In this document: positions 19,378 through 29,950 of the stretch, piece by piece | Numbering within the stretch: the first letter of the stretch is position 1 | How the letters are laid out: every line of letters begins with the position of its first letter | NCBI GenBank assembly: GCA_045594045.1 | Contig: JAZNXV010000022.1 | Coordinates: forward strand, 8,663-72,662 | Reading direction: 5' to 3' | Source: Clostridia bacterium | GTDB lineage: Bacteria; Bacillota; Clostridia; Christensenellales; QALW01 | DNA: 64,000 nt | The notes under the pieces: generated by a model | What the model was told of the DNA's origin: nothing | The model's database searches: none | Seen by the model: only the letters and a program-made list of their open reading frames with translations | Made by a program: the position numbers and the translations under genes

Positions 19378-22300
19378 TTATTTAAAATATTTAACCGCCG
19401 AAGCAAACATCTTAATATCGTATTCGCCCGGAACGTTCTTGTAAAGACCTGATCCAATACGCTCGCTGTGGCCCATTTTACCGAAAACTCTGCCGTCAGG
19501 TGATGTAATACCTTCAATAGCGTACATTGAATCATTGGGGTTAAAGTGAACGTCACTTGTAGCATTACCTTCAAGGTCAACGTACTGAGTAGCAATCTGT
19601 CCGTTTTCAGCAAGCTGTTTGATCAAAGCTTCGTCACATAAGAATCTGCCTTCGCCGTGAGAAATCGGCACTGAATAAATTTCACCTACGTTTGTAAGAG
19701 CAAGCCAAGGCGATTTATTAGATGCGATACGGGTGCGAACAATTCTTGATTGGTGACGTGCAATTGTGTTAAAGGTAAGTGTGGGACAATTTTCGTCAGT
19801 ATCAATGATTTTACCGTAAGGCACAAGACCAAGCTTGATTAAAGCCTGGAAGCCGTTACAAATACCGCACATAAGACCGTCGCGCTTATCTAAAAGCTCG
19901 CTAACGCCTTCTTTAATTGCGGCATTACGGAAAAATGCCGTAATAAACTTACCGCTTCCGTCAGGCTCGTCACCACCGGAGAATCCACCGGGAATGAATA
20001 TCATTTGTGACTCTTTAATTGCTTTTGCAAAACGGTCAACACTTGCCTGAATACCATCAGCATTTAAGTTGTTAATAACGATAATTTCAGCTTCTGCCCC
20101 TGCATCTCTAACTGCTTTTGCAGAATCAAATTCGCAGTTTGTGCCGGGGAAAGCAGGAATAAGCACCTTGGGACGTGCACACTTAATTGCAGGTGACGGA
20201 TAGCTTTGAGCCTTGAACTCAAAATTCTCCATCTTTGTTTTTCTATCGGGAATATTGCAGCTATATACGCTTTCAAGCTTGTTTTCATAAGCTTCCAAAA
20301 TCTCACTGAGTGCAACTTCTTCTCCATTAAGCTTAAACTTACCGCAGGAACATACAGTACCTACTAACGTAGCATCTTCGATTTCTTCGGTAACTTCCAT
20401 TAAGAAACCGCCGTAGCAGTAATCAAAAATAGATTTTACGCTCATATTACTGTCAAAGTTCAAGCACAAGCCGTTACCAAATGCCATTTTCATAACAGCT
20501 TCAGCAATACCGCCCATACCTAAAGTATAGCAGGATACTACCTTGCCTGCGCGCATAAGTGCAGTAACTTTATTAAATACATTGATAAGAGATTCTGTTT
20601 TGGGAAGCTTATTTTCGTCGTATTCAGGACGAACAAGCACAACCTTATTGCCTACGTTTTTAAATTCAGGCGTAACAACGTCCTGCACCTTGCCCGTTGT
20701 AACTGCAAAGGAAACGAGTGTTGGCGGAACATCCAAATCTTCAAAGGAGCCACTCATAGAGTCCTTACCACCGATTGAGCCGATAGAAAGCTCTTTTTGT
20801 GCCTTAAATGCGCCAAGTAAAGCCGCAAGAGGTTTGCCCCAACGCTTTGAATCTTTGCCGGGATGCTCAAAATATTCCTGGAAAGTAAGATATACGTCTT
20901 CAAATGATGCGCCCGTTGCTATAAGCTTTGAAACTGATTCAACAACTGCCAGATATGCACCGTGATATGGGCTTTGTTCTGTTATAAAGGGATTGTAACC
21001 CCAAGCCATAAAGGAGCAATCGTCAGTATGCTTTTTCTCAACAGAAATCTTCTGTACCATAGCCTGAATAGGTGTAAGCTGATTTTTTCCTCCAAAGGGC
21101 ATAAGCACGGTTCCTGCACCGATAGTAGAATCAAAACGTTCGGAAAGACCGCGCTTTGAACATATATTAAGGTCAGAAGCAAGAGCTAAATAATTTTCTT
21201 TAAACGTGCCTGTAATTTCTTTATCCTTAAGAGCAGGCTTTTGGGGTGTGATATCAATATGCTTATCTGCACCGTTTGAATTTAAAAATTCTCTGCTGAT
21301 ATCTACAATCTTTTTGCCGTTCCAGTTCATAACAAGACGAGGTTCTGCCTTGATAACTGCAACGGGACAAGCCTGAAGATTTTCTTCTTTAGCCAGTGCC
21401 AAGAACTTATCAACGTTTTCCTTTTCAATAACAACTGCCATACGTTCTTGTGATTCGCTTATAGCAAGTTCTGTACCGTCAAGTCCGTCATACTTCTTGG
21501 GCACTGCATTAAGGTCGATTTCAAGACCGTCGGCAAGTTCACCGATAGCAACTGAAACACCGCCTGCGCCAAAGTCGTTACAACGCTTAATCATACGAGT
21601 TGCTTCTTTATTTCTGAAAAGCCTTTGAAGCTTTCTTTCTTCAGGAGCGTTACCCTTTTGAACCTCTGCACCGCAGGATTCAAGTGATTTTGTGGTGTGA
21701 GATTTTGATGAGCCTGTAGCGCCGCCGCAACCGTCACGACCTGTGCTGCCACCTAAAAGTATAACGATATCCCCGGGAGCAGGAACTTCTCTGCGCACGT
21801 TTTCTTCAGGAGCTGCAGCAATAACTGCACCGATTTCCATACGCTTTGCCGCATAACCGGGATGATAAATTTCATCAACTATACCTGTGGCAAGACCGAT
21901 CTGGTTGCCGTAGGAAGAATAACCTGCCGCCGCAGTTGTAACAATCTTTCTTTGAGGAAGCTTACCCTTAATTGTTTCGCTAACGGGCTTTAAGGGGTCT
22001 GCCGCGCCCGTTACACGCATAGCACCGTAAACATACGCTCTGCCTGAAAGGGGGTCACGAATAGCGCCGCCTATGCAGGTTGCCGCACCGCCGAAAGGCT
22101 CGATTTCTGTGGGGTGGTTATGGGTTTCATTTTTGAACAATAAAAGCCAAGGCTCTTTTTCACCGTCAACTTCTACCGTTATTTTAACTGTGCAAGCGTT
22201 AATTTCTTCTGATTCGTCAAGCTTATCAAGCTTACCGTGCTTTTTAAGATACTTAACTGCAACAGTTGCTAAATCCATAAGGCAAATGGGCTTAGTTCTG

Positions 22301-23067
22301 TTGAGCTCTTTACGAACGTCTAAATACTCGTTAAACGCATTTTGCAAAAGTTCATCTTCAAAAGTAACGTTATCAATAACCGTTAAGAAGGTAGTATGAC
22401 GGCAATGGTCAGACCAATATGTATCAATCATACGGATTTCGGTAATGGTAGGATTACGCTTTTCGCTTTTGAAATAATTTTGACAAAATGCAATATCGTC
22501 TGCATCCATTGCAAGACCGTAGTCTTCAACGAACTTTTCAAGTCCTTTTCTGTCAAGGTCAATAAACCCGTCAAGAGTTTTAACTGTTGTGGGAATTTCG
22601 TAATTAACCTTTAACGTTTCAGGCATTTCAAGAGACGCTTCTCTTGCTTCAACAGGGTTAATAACGTATTTTTTGATTTCTGCAATTTCGCTATCAGTTA
22701 AATCGCCTTCAAGCACATATACCTTTGCGGTACGAACTAAAGGTCTGTCACCTTGAGAAATAATCTGAATACACTGCGCCGCAGAATCAGCGCGCTGGTC
22801 AAACTGACCCGGCAAAAACTCAACTGCGAACACGCAAGCATTTTCAGCAGAAAAATCGTCGCTTACAATATCAAGCTGAGGCTCTGAAAATACTGTTTTT
22901 TTAGCGTAATCAAAAAGCTCTGCCGAGATATTTTCAGCATCGTAACGGTTAATTACACGAACATCTTTCAAATTTTTAATGCCTAAAAGATTTCTTGCAT
23001 CTGACAAAAGTGCTTTTGCTTCATTTGCAAGTTCTTTCTTTTTTTCAACATAAACTCTAAATACCAT
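19378..23067 (-). CDS. purL: Phosphoribosylformylglycinamidine synthase, single-chain (PurL with fused PurQ-type glutaminase)
   Basis: 1229 aa with AIR-synthase-related repeats and a C-terminal class-I GATase carrying the nucleophile elbow GICNGFQ and HGEGRF. Confidence 0.95.
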   Translation of the reverse strand: MVFRVYVEKKKELANEAKALLSDARNLLGIKNLKDVRVINRYDAENISAELFDYAKKTVFSEPQLDIVSDDFSAENACVFAVEFLPGQFDQRADSAAQCIQIISQGDRPLVRTAKVYVLEGDLTDSEIAEIKKYVINPVEAREASLEMPETLKVNYEIPTTVKTLDGFIDLDRKGLEKFVEDYGLAMDADDIAFCQNYFKSEKRNPTITEIRMIDTYWSDHCRHTTFLTVIDNVTFEDELLQNAFNEYLDVRKELNRTKPICLMDLATVAVKYLKKHGKLDKLDESEEINACTVKITVEVDGEKEPWLLLFKNETHNHPTEIEPFGGAATCIGGAIRDPLSGRAYVYGAMRVTGAADPLKPVSETIKGKLPQRKIVTTAAAGYSSYGNQIGLATGIVDEIYHPGYAAKRMEIGAVIAAAPEENVRREVPAPGDIVILLGGSTGRDGCGGATGSSKSHTTKSLESCGAEVQKGNAPEERKLQRLFRNKEATRMIKRCNDFGAGGVSVAIGELADGLEIDLNAVPKKYDGLDGTELAISESQERMAVVIEKENVDKFLALAKEENLQACPVAVIKAEPRLVMNWNGKKIVDISREFLNSNGADKHIDITPQKPALKDKEITGTFKENYLALASDLNICSKRGLSERFDSTIGAGTVLMPFGGKNQLTPIQAMVQKISVEKKHTDDCSFMAWGYNPFITEQSPYHGAYLAVVESVSKLIATGASFEDVYLTFQEYFEHPGKDSKRWGKPLAALLGAFKAQKELSIGSIGGKDSMSGSFEDLDVPPTLVSFAVTTGKVQDVVTPEFKNVGNKVVLVRPEYDENKLPKTESLINVFNKVTALMRAGKVVSCYTLGMGGIAEAVMKMAFGNGLCLNFDSNMSVKSIFDYCYGGFLMEVTEEIEDATLVGTVCSCGKFKLNGEEVALSEILEAYENKLESVYSCNIPDRKTKMENFEFKAQSYPSPAIKCARPKVLIPAFPGTNCEFDSAKAVRDAGAEAEIIVINNLNADGIQASVDRFAKAIKESQMIFIPGGFSGGDEPDGSGKFITAFFRNAAIKEGVSELLDKRDGLMCGICNGFQALIKLGLVPYGKIIDTDENCPTLTFNTIARHQSRIVRTRIASNKSPWLALTNVGEIYSVPISHGEGRFLCDEALIKQLAENGQIATQYVDLEGNATSDVHFNPNDSMYAIEGITSPDGRVFGKMGHSERIGSGLYKNVPGEYDIKMFASAVKYFK

Positions 23068-24338
23068 TAGTTATTCTCCTTTGCCTTTAAAGCCTTTGCG
23101 CCAATATCCTTACGGAAAAATGCGTTTTCGAAATGCACCTTTTCAACCTTTTTATAAGCTGAAGAAATGGCGTTTTCAAGGGTTTCTTCTACTGCAGTAA
23201 CACCTAAAACTCTACCGCCATTTGTTAAGAGCTTACCGTCAGCCAAATTAGCTCCTGCTACGTAAACGCTATCAAAAACATCGTCTTCGTATGTAATTTC
23301 AAAGCCTTTATCGTACTTTTCAGGATAACCCTTTGATGCCATAATTACACAACAAGCGCTTTTTAAAGAAAATTCAACTTCAGTTTCAGCTAAAGTTTCA
23401 TCAGTTACTGCTTGCATAACAGTAAGCAAGTCGCTTTCAAGAAGCGGAAGCACCACTTGTGTTTCAGGGTCGCCAAAACGACAGTTGTATTCAATAACCT
23501 TAGGTCCGTTTTCAGTAAGCATTAAACCAAAATACAAACATCCTTTAAAGGTGCGTCCTTCAGCATTCATCGCATTAACTGTAGGGATGAATATTTTTTC
23601 CATACATTCTTTGGCAATAGCTTCTGTGTAGTACGGGTTTGGTGCTACCGTTCCCATACCGCCTGTGTTAAGACCTGTATCAAAATCGCCTGCGCGTTTA
23701 TGGTCCATTGAAGAAACCATAGGCTTAACACACTTACCATCAGTAAAGGCAAGCACCGAAACCTCGGGACCTGTTAAAAATTCTTCTATAACGATATTGT
23801 TGCCGCTTTCACCGAAAATCTTATCTTCCATCATAGATTTTACAGCACTTATAGCATCTTGACGTGTCATAGCAATTATAACGCCTTTGCCAAGTGCCAA
23901 GCCGTCAGCCTTAATAACGGTGGGAATAGGTGCGCTCTGCAGGTATTCCAAAGCCTTTTCAATATCGTTAAATACTTCATATTTAGCGGTGGGGATATTA
24001 TATTTCTTCATAAGATTTTTAGAAAAAACCTTACTGCCTTCAATAATTGCCGCCGCTTTACTCGGCCCAAAGCATTTAATTCCTTTTGCGTTAAGCGCAT
24101 CAACAGCACCTAAAACAAGTGGGTCATCAGGCGCAACAACTGCGTAATCAATATTGTTTTCTACAGCAAAATCAACGATTTTATCAATTTCCTTTGCACC
24201 GATATCAACTATAGTTGCATCCTTTGCCATACCGCCGTTACCGGGCAAAGCAAAAATTTCGCTGATATTTTTGTTTTCTTTAAGTTTTTTGATGATGGCG
24301 TGTTCTCTACCGCCGCCACCAACCACCATTACCTTCAT
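23067..24338 (-). CDS. purD: Phosphoribosylamine--glycine ligase
   Basis: ATP-grasp protein with GGGGREHA. The start is at MKVMVVGGGG with an AAGGAG SD. The ORF-track start is 24359. Confidence 0.95.
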   Translation of the reverse strand: MKVMVVGGGGREHAIIKKLKENKNISEIFALPGNGGMAKDATIVDIGAKEIDKIVDFAVENNIDYAVVAPDDPLVLGAVDALNAKGIKCFGPSKAAAIIEGSKVFSKNLMKKYNIPTAKYEVFNDIEKALEYLQSAPIPTVIKADGLALGKGVIIAMTRQDAISAVKSMMEDKIFGESGNNIVIEEFLTGPEVSVLAFTDGKCVKPMVSSMDHKRAGDFDTGLNTGGMGTVAPNPYYTEAIAKECMEKIFIPTVNAMNAEGRTFKGCLYFGLMLTENGPKVIEYNCRFGDPETQVVLPLLESDLLTVMQAVTDETLAETEVEFSLKSACCVIMASKGYPEKYDKGFEITYEDDVFDSVYVAGANLADGKLLTNGGRVLGVTAVEETLENAISSAYKKVEKVHFENAFFRKDIGAKALKAKENN

Positions 24339-24355
24339 AAATTTCTCCTTAAATA

Positions 24356-25540
24356 TCAATGATGGAATAATCTCATACCTGTAAATGCCATAGCGATACC
24401 GTACTTATCGCAGCATTCGATAACTAAATCGTCACGAATTGAACCACCGGGCTCAGCAATATACTTAACGCCGCTGCGTTTAGCGCGCTCGATATTATCG
24501 CTAAATGGGAAGAATGCGTCGGATCCTACTGAAACACCGTCAATCTTTGACAGATATTCTTTTGCTTCTGCATCTGTTAAAGGCTCGGGTTGGCTTGTAA
24601 AGTACTTCTGCCAGTTACCGTCAGCACAAACGTCTTCTTCGTTTTTATTAATATAGCCGTCAATAACGTTATCTCTATCGGGACGGGAGATATCAGCCTT
24701 AAAGGGAAGGTTTAATACCTTGTCATGCTGACGCAAGAACCATGTATCAGCCTTGCTTCCTGCTAAACGGGTGCAGTGAATACGTGATTGCTGACCTGCG
24801 CCTACGCCGATTGCTTGTCCGTCAAAGGCAAAGCATACAGAGTTTGACTGAGTGTATTTTAATGTAATAAGTGAAATTATAAGGTCGCGAACTGCGCTTT
24901 CGGGCAATTCTTTATTCTTTGTTACAAGGTTATTAAGCAATTCAGCGTTGATTTCAAAATTGTTTCTGCCTTGTTCAAAGGTTATACCGTATACCTGCTT
25001 ACGCTCAATAGCATCAGGTACAAAGTTTTCGTCAATTTTTACAATATTGTAGTTGCCGTTTCTTTTGCTCTTTAAAATTTCAAGAGCTTCAGGCTCATAG
25101 CCGGGAGCAATAATACCGTCGGAAATTTCACGCTTTATCATTTTTGCTGTGGTAACGTCACAAACGTCCGAAAGAGCTACCCAATCGCCAAAGGAGCACA
25201 TTCTGTCAGCGCCGCGAGCACGGGCGTAAGCACATGCTAAAGGAGATTCGTCCAAGCCTTCAATATCGTCAACAAAGCAAGCTTTTTTAAGCTTTTCAGG
25301 CAATACAACACCTACTGCCGCAGAAGTAGGGCTTACGTGCTTAAAGGAAGCTACCGCAGGCATATTAAGAGCTGCTTTTAATTCCTTAACAAGCTGCCAA
25401 CTGTTAAAAGCATCAAGAAAGTTAATATATCCCGGTCTGCCGCACAAAATTTCAATGGGAAGCTCGCCTCCGTCATGCATAAAAATTTTAGCAGGCTTTT
25501 GGTTAGGATTACAACCGTACTTTAATTCAAAATCTTTCAT
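24356..25540 (-). CDS. purH: AICAR formyltransferase (PurH transformylase domain only)
   Basis: 394 aa. It begins directly with the transformylase region (KYGCNPNQ), and no MGS-like IMP cyclohydrolase domain is present. Confidence 0.85.
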   Translation of the reverse strand: MKDFELKYGCNPNQKPAKIFMHDGGELPIEILCGRPGYINFLDAFNSWQLVKELKAALNMPAVASFKHVSPTSAAVGVVLPEKLKKACFVDDIEGLDESPLACAYARARGADRMCSFGDWVALSDVCDVTTAKMIKREISDGIIAPGYEPEALEILKSKRNGNYNIVKIDENFVPDAIERKQVYGITFEQGRNNFEINAELLNNLVTKNKELPESAVRDLIISLITLKYTQSNSVCFAFDGQAIGVGAGQQSRIHCTRLAGSKADTWFLRQHDKVLNLPFKADISRPDRDNVIDGYINKNEEDVCADGNWQKYFTSQPEPLTDAEAKEYLSKIDGVSVGSDAFFPFSDNIERAKRSGVKYIAEPGGSIRDDLVIECCDKYGIAMAFTGMRLFHH

Positions 25541-25552
25541 TTTTCTTTCCCC

Positions 25553-26272
25553 TTAAATGTTTTTATTTATAATTGTGTCTTCATACTCGCCTGTTGCAAT
25601 ATCTGTATAGCGAACATAAAGAGAAATTTTGTTGTTTTCATCAAGAGCATTCCAAAGCTTTTTAGCAAAAGCATTCATATCGTTTTCAATTTGAACACGC
25701 TCGGGCTCGCCTTGGAAAGTAGGAATAGGATTACCGTCACAAACATAAGTGTGAATAAAGTGACCTAAACCGTTAATGGCAGGATAAGAAAACGTATATC
25801 TGTTGCAAGCACTGCCTATAGCATCTGCACTTTTTAAAATGCTCATTTCATAAGTGAAATCGTCTTTACCAAAGTTGATAACACCGCTGATGCGAGGAGT
25901 AAGGTTTGGTGCATCAGGCTCAAACTCACGGCAGGTTAATGATTCAGAGAAGCTCTTACCGTCCTTTAACCCGTCATAAATAGTATCTGTTTGGTCACCG
26001 TTAGTCACAATAAGCTTATTTGCATATTTGCGCACAGCTGCATAAATTATCAAACTTGGGTCTTCTACCTTTGATGCATCAAAGGGTTCAGTGAAAATCT
26101 CTTCGTTCTTCTTTGTGAACACACGGTTACGGCTATTAGCGCTTCTACCCATAATAAAGTATGCGCTACATGCCTTTTTGCCATCAGCAGTCTTACCTAA
26201 AACGATGCCTCTGCCTACGTATGAATTATCTTTAATAAGCTCGGCAATATCATTAATTGCATAAATGTCCAT
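25553..26272 (-). CDS. purO: IMP cyclohydrolase, PurO-like (archaeal type)
   Basis: 239 aa between purN and purH. The N-terminus NSYVGRGIVLGKT and the overall length fit the PurO-like family as I recall it. Confidence 0.7.
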   Translation of the reverse strand: MDIYAINDIAELIKDNSYVGRGIVLGKTADGKKACSAYFIMGRSANSRNRVFTKKNEEIFTEPFDASKVEDPSLIIYAAVRKYANKLIVTNGDQTDTIYDGLKDGKSFSESLTCREFEPDAPNLTPRISGVINFGKDDFTYEMSILKSADAIGSACNRYTFSYPAINGLGHFIHTYVCDGNPIPTFQGEPERVQIENDMNAFAKKLWNALDENNKISLYVRYTDIATGEYEDTIINKNI

Positions 26273-26329
26273 TTTAAAATCCGCCTTTTACTTTTTTATT
26301 TATAATGCTTTTAAAAGCAATATTTGAAT

Positions 26330-26929
26330 TTATTTGTTTAATTCGCTACAAACTTTTTCAACTGCAAGTGGAAGTATTATCCATTCTGCCTGTTCCATAA
26401 CGCGCTTTTGCAGAATTTCAGGTGTGTCACCCTGTTGTATTTCCACAGCCTTTTGCATTATGATTTCGCCGCCATCGGGAATTTCGTTTACAAAATGTAC
26501 CGTTGCACCCGTTACTTTTACACCGTAATCAAGCGCCGCCTCATGAACTCGCAATCCGTAAAAGCCTTCTCCACAGAAAGAAGGTATAAGTGAAGGGTGA
26601 ACGTTTATAATCTTTTTTGTAAAGGTTTTTGTAAAGTTTTCGCTTAAAATAACCATAAAGCCCGCAAGAACGATAAAATCAATATCGTTTTCTTTTAAAA
26701 GGCTTATGATTTTTTCTTCAAACTCTTCTTTGGAAGCAAAATCCTTTTTTAAGACGACTTCTGTTTTTACAGATGCTTTTTTAGCTCTTTCAAGGGCGTA
26801 GGCATCGGCTTTATTAGAAATAACAAGCTTAATTTTGCCGCTTTTGATAATGCCTGAATTTTGAGCATCAATCAAAGCCTGCAAATTTGTGCCGCCGCCT
26901 GAAACTAAAACTGCTATATTTGCACTCAT
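26330..26929 (-). CDS. purN: Phosphoribosylglycinamide formyltransferase
   Basis: 199 aa with GSGTN-like GGGTNLQALI and the INVHPSLIP motif. Confidence 0.95.
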   Translation of the reverse strand: MSANIAVLVSGGGTNLQALIDAQNSGIIKSGKIKLVISNKADAYALERAKKASVKTEVVLKKDFASKEEFEEKIISLLKENDIDFIVLAGFMVILSENFTKTFTKKIINVHPSLIPSFCGEGFYGLRVHEAALDYGVKVTGATVHFVNEIPDGGEIIMQKAVEIQQGDTPEILQKRVMEQAEWIILPLAVEKVCSELNK

Positions 26930-27969
26930 TACAAAATCACCTTTTGGTCGCCGAGAACAATTTCACCGATAATATAAGCGTCTTCCCCAGCATTTTTAAG
27001 AATTTCAACAGCTTTTTGAGCATCTTCCTTTTTAACTACAATGCTCATACCAACACCCATATTAAAGGTGTTGAACATATCGTGCTCATCAATGTTGCCT
27101 GTTTTAGCAAGCATATCGAAAATAGGAAGAATCTTAACTGCTTTTTTATCAATTTTTGCACCGAAACCGTCAGGAATACTTCTTGGAATATTCTCATAGA
27201 ATCCACCGCCTGTGATATGAGAAATACCCTTAACCTGAACTTGCTCTAAAAGCGCAAGCACGGGTTTTACGTAAATTCTTGTGGGAGTAAGCAAGGTTTC
27301 ACCAATACTCTTTCCGCCTAATGCTTCAAGAGGAGTTTTAATGTCTTTATTTTCAACATCAAACACCTTACGAACAAGGGAGAAGCCATTAGAATGCACA
27401 CCGCTTGAAGCAAGTGCGATAATAACGTCCCCTGCTTCCATTGTTTTATTATCAATTATCTTTGATTTATCAACTACACCTGTGGAATAGCCTGCTAAAT
27501 CGTATTCGTCAACGGGATAAAAGCCCGGCATTTCTGCTGTTTCGCCACCGATTAAAGCCGCGCCTGCCTGAACACAACCTTCGCTTACGCCTTTAACGAT
27601 GTCTGCTATACGCTCGGGAATATTCTTGCCGCAAGCAATATAGTCAAGGAAGAATAAGGGCTTTGCGCCACAACAAATAATATCGTTTACGCACATAGCA
27701 ACGCAGTCGATACCTACGGTATCGTGCTTGTCCATTAAAAATGCGATTTTCAACTTTGTACCAACACCATCAGTACCGCTAACAAGCACAGGGCGTGTAA
27801 TACCTGTAATATCAAGTTCAAACAAGCCACCGAAGCCGCCTACATCAGAACAAACTCCGCTTGTAAGTGTTCTTGCAATATGCTTTTTCATAAGCTCAAC
27901 TGCTTTATAACCTGCGGTGATGTCAACACCTGCTGCTGCATAACTATCTGATTTTGACTGTGTAATCAT
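26929..27969 (-). CDS. purM: Phosphoribosylformylglycinamidine cyclo-ligase
   Basis: 346 aa, AIR synthase family ([14 protein letters not shown]). Confidence 0.95.
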   Translation of the reverse strand: MITQSKSDSYAAAGVDITAGYKAVELMKKHIARTLTSGVCSDVGGFGGLFELDITGITRPVLVSGTDGVGTKLKIAFLMDKHDTVGIDCVAMCVNDIICCGAKPLFFLDYIACGKNIPERIADIVKGVSEGCVQAGAALIGGETAEMPGFYPVDEYDLAGYSTGVVDKSKIIDNKTMEAGDVIIALASSGVHSNGFSLVRKVFDVENKDIKTPLEALGGKSIGETLLTPTRIYVKPVLALLEQVQVKGISHITGGGFYENIPRSIPDGFGAKIDKKAVKILPIFDMLAKTGNIDEHDMFNTFNMGVGMSIVVKKEDAQKAVEILKNAGEDAYIIGEIVLGDQKVIL

Positions 27970-27975
27970 TTTTAT

Positions 27976-29403
27976 TTATTCCTTTCCATTCCAGCAATAA
28001 GTGCAAAGCTTGCAAGGCTCTAATCCTATTGCCTTAATAATACCTTCAAGTGATTGAAATTCAAGTGACGTAAAATGCAACTTTTTACAAATTGTCTTGC
28101 GCAACTTTTTACCGCGCTCTGTTTCAGCATCACTGTATTCTTCTATGTGTTTGAGACCTTCTTCGCCTTCTAATTCAACAATAACCTTTCGGGCAATAAG
28201 CTCCATTTCGCTTGTTGACCGAGAAAAGTTAAGATATTTACAGCCGTACATAATAGGCGGGCAAGCCGAGCGCATATGCACTTCCTTTGCCCCGTTATCA
28301 TACAGAAAATCAACTGTTTCTTTAAGCTGAGTGCCACGAACAATTGAATCGTCAACAAATAAAAGTTTTTTGTCCTGTATAAGCTCGTGTACGGGAATTT
28401 GCTTCATTTTAGCAACTTTCTTTCTGTCGCTTTGTTTTGCAGAAATAAAGCTTCTTGGCCAAGTAGGCGTATATTTAATAAAGGGACGGGCAAAGGGAAT
28501 TCTGCTTTTGTTGGCATAACCAATGGCGTGAGGTGTTCCCGAATCAGGCACACCGCCGATATAATCAAGAGAATCGGCAGTTAACCCTTTTTTCATATCG
28601 TTCTCTGCCATAATTTCGCCGTTGCGGTATCTCATAACTTCAACGTTTATGCCTTCGTAATTAGAGGTTGAATATCCGTAATAAGACCACAGGAATGAGC
28701 ATATCTTCATTTCCTTTTGGGGCTTTTGAAGCTGAGTCATGGTAGTAGCCGTAAGCTCAACCACCTCGCCGGGTCCAAGCTCCTTTTCATCCTCATAACC
28801 AAGCTTCTTATAAGCAAAAGATTCAAAGGATACACAATAGCCTTGGTCATTTTTACCAATGAGAACGGGAATTCTTCCCCAATAATCTCTTGCGGCAATA
28901 ATATCGCCGTTATCGCGCAAGATTAAAATTGATGCAGTACCGTCTATAGACTGCTGTGCAAATCTGATACCTTCGGAAAAGTTACTCTTTTGATTAATTA
29001 ATGCCGCCAAAAGCTCGGTAGAGTTTATTCTGCCGCCGGTCATAGCATTTAAGTGACCGCCGCTTACAGAAAGGTGCTTATCAATAAGCTCTTGAGCATT
29101 ATTTATAACACCTACCATTATTATTGCATAAGTACCTAAATTAGAATAAATTAAAAGCGGTTGTGGGTCACTGTCACTAATACAGCCGATAGCGGAGTTA
29201 CCGCGCATTTCCTGAAACACATCTTCAAATTTTGTTCTGAACGGTGAGTTTTCTATATTATGAATTTCTCTTTGTAAGCCAATACTTGAATCAAAGGCTG
29301 CCATTCCCCCGCGGCGTGTGCCTAAGTGGGAATGATAGTCAGTTCCAAAGAACACGTCCGAAATGGCATCGTGCTTACAAACAGCTCCGAAAAAGCCTCC
29401 CAT
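27976..29403 (-). CDS. purF: Amidophosphoribosyltransferase homologue with a non-canonical N-terminus (no Cys nucleophile)
   Basis: 475 aa. The C-terminal PRTase motif LLFVDDSIVRGTQ is intact. The N-terminus reads MGGFFGAV where PurF normally has CGI/VxG. The start is fixed by AAGGAG 8 nt upstream. Confidence 0.8.
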   Translation of the reverse strand: MGGFFGAVCKHDAISDVFFGTDYHSHLGTRRGGMAAFDSSIGLQREIHNIENSPFRTKFEDVFQEMRGNSAIGCISDSDPQPLLIYSNLGTYAIIMVGVINNAQELIDKHLSVSGGHLNAMTGGRINSTELLAALINQKSNFSEGIRFAQQSIDGTASILILRDNGDIIAARDYWGRIPVLIGKNDQGYCVSFESFAYKKLGYEDEKELGPGEVVELTATTMTQLQKPQKEMKICSFLWSYYGYSTSNYEGINVEVMRYRNGEIMAENDMKKGLTADSLDYIGGVPDSGTPHAIGYANKSRIPFARPFIKYTPTWPRSFISAKQSDRKKVAKMKQIPVHELIQDKKLLFVDDSIVRGTQLKETVDFLYDNGAKEVHMRSACPPIMYGCKYLNFSRSTSEMELIARKVIVELEGEEGLKHIEEYSDAETERGKKLRKTICKKLHFTSLEFQSLEGIIKAIGLEPCKLCTYCWNGKE

Positions 29404-29448
29404 AAATTATCTCCTTAGATTAAGTCTTTGTTCTCTAGTATTTTATAT

Positions 29449-29937
29449 TTACAGTCTTGAAAGAATCTCTGCGTCCTTTTTCAAAACTGCTTGGGCATCA
29501 AGCACGCGTTTTTCGTCAAGCTTTTTTGCTAAATCTGCATCTTCTACGGCTAAAATCTGTGCTGCTAAAAGTGCCGCATTAGCTCCACCGTTAACTGCAA
29601 CGCAAGCTACGGGAATGCCCGTTGGCATTTGCACTGTTGACAAAAGCGCATCAAGCCCGTCAAGATTTGCTGAAGCACAAGGAATACCAATAACGGGCAA
29701 GGTGGTGTTTGCTGCTATTGCGCCTGCTAAATGCGCTGCCATACCTGCGGCTGCAATTAAAGCTCCAAAGCCGTTTTTGCGAGCATTTAAAGCAAAATCT
29801 CTCGCTTCCACAGGTGTTCTGTGTGCAGAATAAACATGCACCTCAAATGGAATTTCTAACTGATTAAGCATATCAGTTGCTTTTTTTATAATAGGAAGGT
29901 CGCTATCGCTACCCATTACAATACCAACTTTTTTCAT
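29449..29937 (-). CDS. purE: 5-(carboxyamino)imidazole ribonucleotide mutase
   Basis: 162 aa from MKKVGIVMGSDSD, with the PurE motifs GSDSD and AHLAG. AAGGAG lies 8 nt upstream. Confidence 0.95.
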   Translation of the reverse strand: MKKVGIVMGSDSDLPIIKKATDMLNQLEIPFEVHVYSAHRTPVEARDFALNARKNGFGALIAAAGMAAHLAGAIAANTTLPVIGIPCASANLDGLDALLSTVQMPTGIPVACVAVNGGANAALLAAQILAVEDADLAKKLDEKRVLDAQAVLKKDAEILSRL

Positions 29938-29950
29938 ATAAAACACTCCT

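Noticed and set aside
29363-29833. A 156-aa plus-strand ORF antisense to purE. Similar long antisense ORFs occur at 47854-48303, 18943-19362, 20543-20965, 12463-12840 and 617-991.
   Set aside because: Each lies entirely inside a well-supported gene on the opposite strand. Their low-complexity Ala/Ser/Pro/Thr-rich translations are typical of shadow frames, and they lack SD sequences.
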